64,000 nt of DNA from Corallochytrium limacisporum Hawaii (Eukaryota; Protista; Pluriformea). The notes beneath the pieces are model-generated. The model did not search any database and was not told the DNA's origin. It worked only from the letters and a program-made list of their open reading frames with translations. The position numbers were made by a program, and so were the translations under genes. The stretch spans positions 372,001-436,000 of the forward strand of contig PDIP01000003.1 in assembly GCA_002811645.1 (NCBI GenBank), written 5' to 3'. Positions 53,757-64,000 of this stretch are shown here, in pieces; position 1 is the first letter of the stretch; every line of letters begins with the position of its first letter.

Positions 53757-54700
53757 GCTTCAATCGTTTCCAATAGTTACCCAGGCTTTAGAAACTGACC
53801 AGGTCGCGGACATACTGGCGTTCTCCTTGAAAATAGCCGTCCGACCCACCGACATCTCCCTTTCGCAAAGCATTGGCGCCAACGGACTCTTTGACGGCGA
53901 AAATCATTAATTTAGGGAACATATTAGGGTTTCATTTAGACAAGAACACACAAATTCTGGGGTGCGGGGGGCGAAGAACAGAATTTATTTTGCAGTTTTA
54001 GTCTGACCAACCCAGGAGCATTTGCACCGATGCCTCTCAGTATGGGCCTTGGCCTGTCGGGCGGGCACAAACAGTGCGGTCTTCAGAAACAAAGAAAAGA
54101 TCGAGTGGTCATCGAAACTACGCAGAGTTCACGGGCCCAATGACAGAGACGGCAGGCACGTGGGGGCCCATTGGATCTGAACGGGGAGTGGGTCGTTGGG
54201 GTTTCACACACATTCAATTCCGGGTGCCCTTCCAATTGTTCTTATCGTCCTTTCTGCGATGTTCCTGCCAAAAGCTGTGTAGGCACCAAAAACCCAAAAC
54301 CCCGTGGAGCCCACACGACGTTATTCCTTTTCTACGACGTTTTCACTGGTGTGCCCACGGCCAAACTACCACAACGGTTCTCCAGAGAAGGTTACGAGGA
54401 GGTGCTAACAACTGGCTTTCGGCACACTTTACGTTGTCTGTCGCGACGATTTCATACAGTTCACGAATGTGGATACGTGAAATCCTAGTTCTCAACAAGG
54501 AACTTGTGTTGGTTTGGATCTCTTGCGGACAGATTTTTTATATGTATATATAAAAAATGGAAACAAAATTGCCATGGTAAAGACTGTGTATGGCATGGAG
54601 TAGAATTGGTTATTTAAGGATCACTACACAATTTATTGAGATCACATGGCACAGGAAGTACTTATCCTTTATAGTTTGTGTATATCGGGAAAGCATCACA

Positions 54701-55297
54701 ATGGCATCAGAAGTTGAAGCAAAGATTACTGAGCTCCCTGACAAGGAGGAACAGGAAGTTGAGGTCAAGGACGTGGACTCCGACGAGGAGGAGGTTGAGG
54801 AGGTTGAGGAAGTCGACGGCGGTGACGAGTCCTCCAAGCAGTCTCGTTCAGAGAAGAAGGCTCGCAAAGCTCTCATGAAAATGGGTCTGAAGAAGGTCTC
54901 AGATATTTCTCGTGTCACTCTCCGTACTCGTCGTCAATTCATTCTGAGCATTGCTAAGCCCGATGTCTACAAGAGCACTGTCGGTGATACCTACGTTATC
55001 TTTGGTGAGGTTAAGATCGAGGATCTCTCGGCCCGCAACGCCGCCAACGCTGCCCAGCAGTTCAATCCTCAGGCCGCGGCTGCTGCTGCCCCAGCAGCCG
55101 CTGCTGCAGCTTCCGATGATGTTCCCGAGCTGGTGGAGTCTGCTGATGCCGACGAGGAGGTCGACGAGACTGGCCTGAGCGACGACGACATCAAGACAGT
55201 TATGGACCAGGCTGGTGTGTCCCGCAAGGTTGCCGCAAAGACCTTGAAGGAGAATGACGGTGACATTGTTGAGACCATCATGAAGCTGACCAAGTAA
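54701..55297 (+). CDS. NACA: Nascent polypeptide-associated complex subunit alpha
   Basis: KQSRSEKKARK, KPDVYKS, DTYVIFGEVKIEDLS, C-terminal UBA. Start at atcacaATG 54701. Confidence 0.98.
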   Translation: MASEVEAKITELPDKEEQEVEVKDVDSDEEEVEEVEEVDGGDESSKQSRSEKKARKALMKMGLKKVSDISRVTLRTRRQFILSIAKPDVYKSTVGDTYVIFGEVKIEDLSARNAANAAQQFNPQAAAAAAPAAAAAASDDVPELVESADADEEVDETGLSDDDIKTVMDQAGVSRKVAAKTLKENDGDIVETIMKLTK

Positions 55298-55545
55298 AGT
55301 TTGATGGGAGCATGATGGTTTTATGAGACGTACACATTTGGCACTGGCATTTCATCACATGTTTCACGTATTTTTACATTCTTCCCTTTGTCGTCTCATT
55401 TATCACAATACCTTAAAGTAATCTGTAGATATATCCATAACACATTGGTTACGTTTTAACATTTGAGACACTAAAATGGTGTATCGCTATGTTTGCTGTG
55501 ATCTTGGGCGTATTCTGTCACAGCTGTTTGGCAACTCTGTAAAGC

Positions 55546-56434
55546 TCACATGTTGATCATGAATAGTCTGTTATTGAACACATATGCGGTGAGAATCCTG
55601 GAAACGTACCAGAAAATGGAAAAGGTTGTCAGGAACTGGATCCATGCAAGTTTGACTGTCTCCCAGAATGTTGGCTCGTAAAGTACGGATGTCTCTGCGT
55701 AGCGAATTGAGCCAGTTATCACAAACGGGTCATCTACAGCCCGTCCACAGCGCCACGTCTCATGTAGGTCATTCAGTGTCATAGTCACGTTTCTGCGTAC
55801 GTATTCTAGTATGATGTTAGAAAGATCATAGTCACGAATGGATGTGGATGCCATATTCAGGATATCATTATCCCTCACACCCATGAGTGGCCGGGTCTGG
55901 ACGAATCCAACTGAACCCGAAAAGGTGTAGTTACCACCTTCCCGTGGACTGTCATGCTGAACATCAATGAGTCCCTGCGTTGTTTGTCTTCTGTATGCAT
56001 TAAATGTGATGTTGAAGAAAATGACTATGCGAGCAGATGGAATGCTGTCGGCTGACGTGGCGGGCAGAGATGTGGTGATCTGCATCTCGTTCAGGCTTGC
56101 CATCATAGTCTGTATCCCTTTCCGCAGTGGTCACAACAGGGACTCGCAAGTTGGCTTGCATAAGACTGTTTAGGTTTCCAATGCTACTCCAGAAAAGAGG
56201 AGCATCGCACACTGAGCCCTGTGTCTGAACAATTATCTGACCCTTGTACTGTATGTCGGGCTGTTCGAATGCCTGGATGGAGTCTACCCAGAAAGAGCCG
56301 GTTGAGTACGCCACCAGAAAGGAGACAACAGTGGTGCACAGAAAGACCAGTAACTGGAACAAGAAAGCCAGGGACCCAAGCTCAGCACGATATCTGCGAA
56401 CCACTGGTTCAGCGTGGATCGTGTACAAGGCCAT
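55546..56434 (-). pseudogene. TMEM231: TMEM231 (ciliary transition-zone MKS module) with a single +1 frameshift
   Basis: ORF 56434-56000 gives MALY...YRA...FW...EQP...LRVPVV...DYDGK. ORF 56106-55546 gives ...YDLSNII...RNVT...W..GRA.DDPFVI...YEPTFWETVKLAWIQ. Removing one C at about 56095 (aag-C-ctg) gives a collinear full-length protein. Confidence 0.88.
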
Positions 56435-57335
56435 TGCGTTCGTTTCTACTTCACATTACTGTGAGCCGTGGACCGTTCCCGCCTTATGTAGCATGATCAC
56501 AATAATGGAGCTCAGTTACATCAACTCAGGCCTTCGCCAAATGGCACGAAGTCGAGAAAGTTTGACAGTAACCCAGGGTTCTCACTGGGTCGTGACACCC
56601 GTGAACAAGATGGCTTCATACGACTCAGATCCGCATCGGGCAGAATAGGACCGTGCAACGGATCCGTATCGACGGAGGGTATCCAACGGGCTCCTACCAG
56701 GAGGCATCCGAAAAAGCCACTGCAGTACTTTCACTACCGAAGACTGTTGACAACCCTCCAGCAGATGCCTTTCGCGTTTCCTGTTGGCGAATAAGTCAAT
56801 AACATTTGATCAATATAAACTCTGACTGATGTTCCCCGCACCAATTGCCGCTTTCTTTACCGGAACGTGGGGCTTAGGTATCACGAAGTACCGGAAGCTA
56901 CCTACATCCCTTGCTGCGTAAAAGTCCCCCCGTCGGCCCTTCGCGCCCGTTTCTAACGGGGGTCACAGCCAAAACTTCCACACGGCGGCTCCCTGAGGTG
57001 GCCAGCTGAGAGGTACTGCAGTACATTTAGTAGGGGTCCCGAGCACAACACTGCGCTCTGGGTGGAGCGCCGCACCGAGAAAATTCGTAGTCCTGCACCC
57101 GCGGATCGGGGGGTGGAGGTGCGTCCGTGCTCAGCAGAGGGAGTGAACTGAAAGAGACGGGGTTGCTGACTGTTTTGCCAGCAAGTGGCTTAACTATTCC
57201 TGACTGAAGGTATTTGTGCTCAGAATTCAAAAAACATGTTGTGAAATGTTTCTGATGAGTAGGAGGAGCAAGAGCAAAAGAGACGCTGAGAAAGTGGAAG
57301 ATGTAACGGAGCCACTGTCAGCAATCTAGGGACAC

Positions 57336-58784
57336 ATGCCGGACGACGAATTCGACGTATTGGTCTTTGAAGACCACACTGGACAAATAGACGAGGCAAC
57401 CATACAACAGAAGACGGAGAATGTTGTGGTCCTGAAGGCAAAAGACAGCAATATGGAAGAAGTAACCGTAATGACACAGGAACTGTCAGTTCAGGTCACT
57501 GCCAAGAACGCTGACGAAAAACCACTGGCCGAAGACGAGAAATATGAAGATGACGAGGACGATAAAAATGCCGAGACAGAAAACGATCCGGGTTCATCGA
57601 GTGAAGAGATGGACAATTACACTGAGAATTCTGACACTGACGAGGAGGAGAACGAACCCGGGGACAGCGAAGAGGATGACGCAGCGATTGAACGAATGAA
57701 AGAGAATATTTCTGATATTGGCAGTGATGACATCAATTGGGCTTACGATGCGTTGTCTTCAGATGAATCCTCAGTGTTTGATCCTGCTGAATATGGCCTG
57801 GATGAGGACTTGTACCCCGAACCTCTTGAAAATAGGAGAGCAAGAGGTCCCTTGCGACAAATGGACAAGGGCTCGCCAGCGATCAAGCAAGCGAAGCTGG
57901 ACTTCTATGGCCGATCGCTAAATGAAGACAGTGCGGACGACGATTTCCCTTCCCTAGAATTCAGTGCGGCACATCAACACAGCAAGAAGCGGAAGAAGAA
58001 AGCCAAGAAGCAGCAAGCTCTCGCGGGCGAGAAGAAAAGCAAGAAGAAAATCCATATGGAAGAGGCGCGTCAGCAGCGAACCAAGAAGAAGGAACCTCAT
58101 TTCAACATTGAAGAGGAAGCTAAAATGTTGTATGACTTCAAATTCAGTGACGATCCTTACACTGGCGTGCGCCCATTGATCAAGGAGCACAGGAACATGA
58201 TGCGCCATCTAGTCGGGTTGCATGGTCTTAGCTGCAAGCCGATTGGGAAGGGCAAAAAGGCAGCATTGATTATCGAGCGTCCTCGAAACGAACGGTTTGA
58301 TATTAACGAATTGGCAATTGAAGAGTACATCGACAAGTGTAAAGCTCCTGCGAAGGCTATGAAGGAGCGAGGCAAGGACTACGATGGCATCCGAAAAAGT
58401 AAGAAAGGGAAGAAGACCAGCCACGGTTCGGGTAGCAAGAAGATGAAGCACAATTCCGTGTTAGTGGCGGCTCGGGCACCTTTGGAGAGTACATTCGTTA
58501 ACAATGGAAGCACATCCGCTACGCAAGATGATGAGTCTACGTCTGTGGTGGTCACCGAAACGACGACCAAGAGTGGTTATTCCGTGTACATGCCTGCCAA
58601 TCAGGACTCTGCATCAGTAAAGTTTGCAGAACACAAGTGGGAACACACGACTTCCGGCTTTGGCCGCAAGATGATGGAAAAGATGGGCTACACTGGTGGT
58701 GGTCTGGGCAAACGAGGTGACGGTATCCCTCAGGCCTTGGCTGTCGAGTCGCGCCATGGCCGAGGTGGCCTGGGTGCTCAGTGA
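57336..58784 (+). CDS. R3H + G-patch protein (Sqs1/Pfa1-like helicase cofactor)
   Basis: Acidic N-terminus, R3H-like PLIKEHRNMMRHLVGLHGLSCKPIGKG, C-terminal G-patch GFGRKMMEKMGYTGGGLGKRGDGI...GLG. Confidence 0.82.
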   Translation: MPDDEFDVLVFEDHTGQIDEATIQQKTENVVVLKAKDSNMEEVTVMTQELSVQVTAKNADEKPLAEDEKYEDDEDDKNAETENDPGSSSEEMDNYTENSDTDEEENEPGDSEEDDAAIERMKENISDIGSDDINWAYDALSSDESSVFDPAEYGLDEDLYPEPLENRRARGPLRQMDKGSPAIKQAKLDFYGRSLNEDSADDDFPSLEFSAAHQHSKKRKKKAKKQQALAGEKKSKKKIHMEEARQQRTKKKEPHFNIEEEAKMLYDFKFSDDPYTGVRPLIKEHRNMMRHLVGLHGLSCKPIGKGKKAALIIERPRNERFDINELAIEEYIDKCKAPAKAMKERGKDYDGIRKSKKGKKTSHGSGSKKMKHNSVLVAARAPLESTFVNNGSTSATQDDESTSVVVTETTTKSGYSVYMPANQDSASVKFAEHKWEHTTSGFGRKMMEKMGYTGGGLGKRGDGIPQALAVESRHGRGGLGAQ

Positions 58785-61439
58785 AAATCAAAGAAGTATA
58801 GAATAGAACCACACCTAGTACAAGGATATTGTATCCGGACATCTTTATAGTGATTTGGCGTGCTCTTCAGGTGTTCATTTTGGTCGGAAGGGAAGCAACA
58901 GCGCCCATCAAATTGAAGGGTGGACAGTTGGTAGAGCTGAGTTACTCCTCGCAAATTGTTAAAGAGATCTCAGAAACAGTTCGTTGCAAATGTCCGCCAT
59001 ACGCAGAAAATCAACCACGCGAACGTATCCAAGAGTACGTCAGAAACATTTGATTTACTTCTAGCGGGCAAAACATACATGCAAAGTATGACAAGTTTCA
59101 CTGGAATAGTGTAATTATGACCGACGACAGTCTCTTCGATCGCCCGTCGCAGAATGTACCTTGTCGACTACAGTACTCTGCTGTGAGGGAGGAATGAGTA
59201 AGCCATCTCTGCGGGTTTCAACAAATTCCATGACTGTGTGGGAAATGTGGTCACCGGAACGGTCCACATCTATAGTAAATGAATTGGGGGGACCATGGAA
59301 TTAAAAAGCGAACTATAGATGCAAAGAAGAATTTGAGGGGGGGGGGGGGCGGAGGGTATTTGAGAGTCCGGAGCTCTCAAATATCCCCATTGATTAGATG
59401 AGGAAGGGGTTCTCGTTGGGTCCGCCACCAACCAACAACAACTTTGAAGATAATGGAGGAGCGGTTGCCGAAAGTGAATGCTAAGCAGAGCGGTTCGTGT
59501 CCATTTCGATTCCGTCTTGTACTCACACAATCGATCGACTCGATGGGCTAATCTCTGCTTTGGGCTACACACTTGTTCGGAATTGTCTACTCTTAAACAG
59601 CTTGAGTGCTGCGTCTTCCCGTAGCGTTATACACATGAGTGTATGGTGTAGTGACGGCACGTCAGCGGCTGTATGACGGAACGTGGTCGTTCAGATCGCA
59701 GCTTCTGGTCGTCGCACTGAGTTGGAACTCACGCAGATGGCCAAAACAGTACCCAACACGATCATATGCCCTGGCAAAGTCCCCGAGGGACATATGCAGC
59801 CCAAGTCTTTGTTTATGGGCCCACCACTGAGATGGACAAGGAGCATTAAATCTCCACCATTGCTGACATAGTATACCGTATTACACGAGAATCGAGGCTT
59901 GTAGTGGGACCTGCAAACAGCAGAAAATGATGAAGGAATGCAGTGACAGGCGAACGCGAATTGAGCATGAACATACGTCTACCAGTTCATCTTCAGTTGT
60001 CGTCATCTGTCCTCGAGCGGTACCATTGTTGTCATCCATTGTGGTTATTGAGAGAGTTACCGACTGTTCAAGTGGTGGCAGGACTGGTACAGCAATCATA
60101 CTCTGACATTGGGAACAGACGGGGAGCAGAAACATGCCATGAGGCGGAATGTACTTTACATCTTTGTCCGTCGGGCTAATGACTCTCGCGTCCGTTTTGT
60201 ATCGCTGATGGGTCCATACTTCTTTCGTATTCGCCCTCGCCTGCAGTGTTGTGGCAGAAGCCCATGCACCTGTAGGAGGGTAGGTGCGGAACTGCTTCGC
60301 AGGCCAACCCTTCGGTGGTGGCAAAAAGCCACACAGAAAATATACCTAGGACGTGACACCTAGGCTATTTGCCTACCGATACACCCTTGAATGCAAACCC
60401 GGCCTTGAAGCCAAAGTTCCCTCGGGTTTGAGGTAAGTGCAGGTTTACACTTTATCGCCTGTCAAATCGCACAATTCAGACTAAGCACTCATTTTGCATA
60501 GATCTTATTCGTCGAACGGGGACATGCTAGGCTACGAATGTTCTGGTTGTTACTGTCCCAGAACCCCAGAAACGGGGCAGGGGGATCAGAGTGATTTGAA
60601 GGCAGAACAGCGGACTACGACGCGTGGAAGACTGCCTCACCACAACTTAAGTATTGGTGAAGAAGGGTATTGGGACCGAGATCGCTTTCAACCGCATGTA
60701 AAGAGGTCTGTCAGGATCGTATGCTTCATGTTGTCGGCTTTCACCGAATATGCGGTACAGAAGGGATGTGGACTGTCTGAGTACACTATCAAAATTCCAA
60801 TATGATTATAGATCACAAAGGAGGAAGCACTAAGAATATTCGTACCATATTTTCAGTATACAACTAATTCCATTCTTTTGCGGTTGCTCCCCTGCTCTTG
60901 TGGGGTTATGCAGCCCCTCCCTCATCCGCCTGATTCCCTCTCAAGATCGGGTTTGTCCTCTAGTCTGGTCGCCCTCTGTCCTCAGGTTAGATGCGTTCTG
61001 GCTCCGAAAGTTGCGGAACATTCACTATTGATGATGTCGAATCCCTTCCCTCTCTTCACCTCCGGGTGGATTTGGATGCATATATAAATGGATGAACAAG
61101 GGGGGAAAGGCCCTCACGATAGACCTTCATTGTTGCACTGATACTCTTGCCATTCTCGTCTGTGTTAGTTAGTGACTGAATGTAAGCTTACAGGAATGAA
61201 TTATATACAGATTCCTTCCATAATTTATCTCCCTGCGGGGTTCTGATAGCGATAAGAGCTTGCTCACTCGTAGTGGTATTTGGGACTGCAAAGTTCTGTA
61301 AAACGTAACACGTAACAAGGTAAAAGATGACTAGCGTTCACATATCCAATTCCACACCTACGTGCCAATTGTTCGGAACAAATCGGTCTTTAGGATCCGG
61401 CTAGGGTGTCTTCTTCGTTGAACATCACCCATAGGCCGA

Positions 61440-62792
61440 ATGATCACAAGAAAAGAATTGCTCTTTGCAGGGGTGGCGGCAGCTCGTCTGTGCTGCGCTC
61501 ATGCAGAGGCCTTTATTGACGAACTGACTTTCCGGGGCGTTGATTCGGAAGCGTTTCCAGCTGAGGAAGCCAGTGGTAGAACAGATATTCGTTATGGGAC
61601 TTCATTTTTGCTACTTCGTGCAGATATAAACGGTCCTGAGGGCGAAGACTATTGCGGTTTAAACATTCCAGATGTCTCTGATCCTGAGCAACTGCCAGAG
61701 TCTTTTGCAGTGTGCCTTTCAGACACCAGTACTATTATTCCGCAGTGGGATATTAAACAAATTGCTCGTTGTATTGACAAGCTAGGTGCCTCAGTTGGTC
61801 TATTGGCTGTGGAATTGCCCGAGGAATATAAACTGGGGTTCGGCCGTGACTCTTCTTTACGCGCACCTGTCTACGGTGCAGCCGAGCAAGTCCACGTCCC
61901 AATTTTGCAGAACGTGTGCGGTGGAGTTAGCAATAGTGCCCAGCTAACAGGTACGGGTGATAATCTGGTTTTTGTGGATTGGCCGCCCGAGGAGGTCAAC
62001 GCTACCGGAATCGACGGGGTACCTCTTTTAGCCGCTGCCATGACGGGCTTTATTTTGCTGGGTATGATTATTGTGTGGATCATTGCATATTGTATAAGGC
62101 GGTTCCGCAGGCTGTACACACCAGAGACCATGCCCCCTACCTCAAACCAGGGGAAGCCCCTTCGGAAAGATCAAGTGGAGTCACTGCAAACATACACGTT
62201 TATGGAGATTCGGAAGGCAATGGCCGGTCATGATCCCGAGGCCAATCTCAATGTTCAGGTTGAAAACTTGTCCAATGTGAAAATGTTAGATGGAGATGAC
62301 ATCCCAACTATTGATGGAAACATTATAATTTTGTCATCCGTCAGCGCCGATGATCCTGAGGAGGATGAGATCCGGCATGAACACGGTTGTACTATATGTC
62401 TCGATATATTTGAAGACAAGCAGGAAATTCGTCGCCTGTACTGTGGCCACGTTTTCCACACGGGGTGCATAGATTCCTGGCTGTTGGAAAAGAAGAAGTA
62501 TTGCCCCCTGTGTAAGTGTCATGCAATGGGTCCAACTGTTGAGGACGAAGAGACTCGAGCTCAAGAAGAAGCTGAGATCAGTTGGGCGATTGCGCAAGTA
62601 GAGGCCTTCCAACGGTCGAATCACCATCGTCGCAACCGTCGTGGGATTCGCTTCAACCTTCAACGAGGAAGAGAAAACGATGAACTACGCGCCACAAGCA
62701 CTACAGTGCAGTCAGATGTCAGCAATGTCACTGGTATCAGTGACGATGTGGAGATGACTCCCATCCCACAGGGCAATGATCTAGTGGTGTGA
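61440..62792 (+). CDS. PA-TM-RING E3 ubiquitin ligase (RNF13/RNF130/Goliath family)
   Basis: Signal peptide, degenerate PA-like luminal domain, TM helix ending AYCIRRFR, RING-H2 CTICLD...CGHVFHTGCIDSWL...CPLCK. Confidence 0.88.
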   Translation: MITRKELLFAGVAAARLCCAHAEAFIDELTFRGVDSEAFPAEEASGRTDIRYGTSFLLLRADINGPEGEDYCGLNIPDVSDPEQLPESFAVCLSDTSTIIPQWDIKQIARCIDKLGASVGLLAVELPEEYKLGFGRDSSLRAPVYGAAEQVHVPILQNVCGGVSNSAQLTGTGDNLVFVDWPPEEVNATGIDGVPLLAAAMTGFILLGMIIVWIIAYCIRRFRRLYTPETMPPTSNQGKPLRKDQVESLQTYTFMEIRKAMAGHDPEANLNVQVENLSNVKMLDGDDIPTIDGNIIILSSVSADDPEEDEIRHEHGCTICLDIFEDKQEIRRLYCGHVFHTGCIDSWLLEKKKYCPLCKCHAMGPTVEDEETRAQEEAEISWAIAQVEAFQRSNHHRRNRRGIRFNLQRGRENDELRATSTTVQSDVSNVTGISDDVEMTPIPQGNDLVV

Positions 62793-64000
62793 AGCCATCC
62801 TGCCATCAAAATCTCGTACATCTGTAACATCACATTTGGTTATATTGCCTACTCTTATACATGTTTAACCTACATACATCCATAATACACATAGTTATTT
62901 TCTGATCATAATCGATACAAGATGGCTCTTGACCACTTCATCTCTCCTGACTACCTCCATTTTATTGATTTGTCATTGTCACTGCTATTACATATACGGC
63001 TATATCTAAAATGACTATCCCATTCTTCACGATCTTGATTCATCTATTGCACGGCTCTAAGCCCATCTTAATTCATCTATCGCACCGCTCTGAGCTGGAT
63101 TTGCTCACAGAGTATGAGATTCCCTCAATATGTCGCAGTTGAGCTGTAAGAGTCGGCCTTCACTCGCAGACATGTCAAGAGTCCGGAAGATGATGACAAC
63201 TTCTTCTTGTGAAGCCTTCCCTCCATAATTTAAGCATAAAACGAAGCCACTCTACAACTTCTTTCCCATTTGCGGAACACCATCCATGAAAAAGAGAATT
63301 GAAACAAGCGGAAATTCTATGGTCTAGTTGATTGTTCGTGGGGAACTGATCCTTCTTCCGTTAAGTTCGGCAGTGCATATGGTGAAAGTTCAACTCTTGT
63401 TCCCCCCATCGACTGTAAGTAGGTTTCGTGAGCTATATTTGCAAACTGGCACCGATGCTTTCGCACCGGTAACATCTAAATGGTGTTCCTGACACTGCAA
63501 AAAGGAGCAGAATTACAGCGGGTGTCTAAGACGACAAAGTGACGTATCGTGCGCAAAGGCGCACAAAACCTTCTTTTTTGGGCAACCAATCAAGCTGTCC
63601 TTTTCTCAGTGGATAGGCATATCATTCAGAGAGGGTGCGAGAGATGGTAACATCCGACATCGCCAATTTGGTTCCCTGTGAGTTTCCATAGTGAACAGTG
63701 AACTACAGTGCGAATTGTTGAAATCTATAAGTGCATGCGGCAACTCCCCCCTGGGGGGCGTACGCCGCCGTAGCATATCGAGGATGCAAATACACTCGTT
63801 CAAACTTTTACAAAGCACGGGGTGAATTTTATTCACATGCTGTTTTCTCTACAGGACACATATATGCCGCACCATTTCGCAATACTTATTTAACTGTCAT
63901 AGGACGCATGCTGGCGGCGGCAACGGCACCGGTAATAAACGGGTGCTGTGCGTGTCGCCTGGCCCGGTTTTGGTGGAATTCGCGATTGGAACTACACGCA

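Noticed and set aside
56085-56100. Antizyme-type programmed frameshift signal (CC-TGA) in TMEM231
   Set aside because: The TGA is not in the upstream reading frame (AAG CCT GAA), so the stop-dependent mechanism does not apply.
56919-56995. RNase MRP-like AAAGTCCCC (also at about 59777)
   Set aside because: No GARAR P8 loop and no properly placed complementary GGGGCT(C/T)A 3' strand.

Overview
Compact, intron-poor eukaryotic nuclear DNA with about 28 protein-coding loci. I found no supportable tRNA, rRNA, CRISPR array or transposon. The gene set (p63/p73-like p53-family factor, CUL2, SAM-RhoGAP-START DLC1-like protein, FAN/NSMAF, PTTG1IP-like, HAUS7, TMEM231) and near absence of introns point to a unicellular holozoan, possibly Corallochytrium-like (inference). 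Housekeeping genes have open reading frames (SF3B1, RPB10, ETFA, CUL2, cystinosin, TIM21, RPSA, RPL35, NDUFS6, NACA, etc.). Four spliceosomal introns can be read directly, including a 3-exon SUMO gene absent from the ORF track. Most notable: (1) both cilium-specific genes are frame-broken (TMEM231 by one extra base; a CFAP210-like gene internally collapsed and frameshifted), suggesting a decaying or recoded flagellar toolkit; (2) a p53-family protein with reciprocally swapped zinc ligands and altered DNA-contact residues; (3) an SF3B1 with natural substitutions at human cancer-hotspot positions, alongside a divergent SPF27 and yeast-like strong intron signals; (4) a CBM20-like/His-rich fusion to two PLD domains; (5) strong strand alternation with tight or overlapping convergent ends and long divergent spacers holding poly-C/poly-G palindromes. 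All homology calls come from recalled family motifs, not from database searches.
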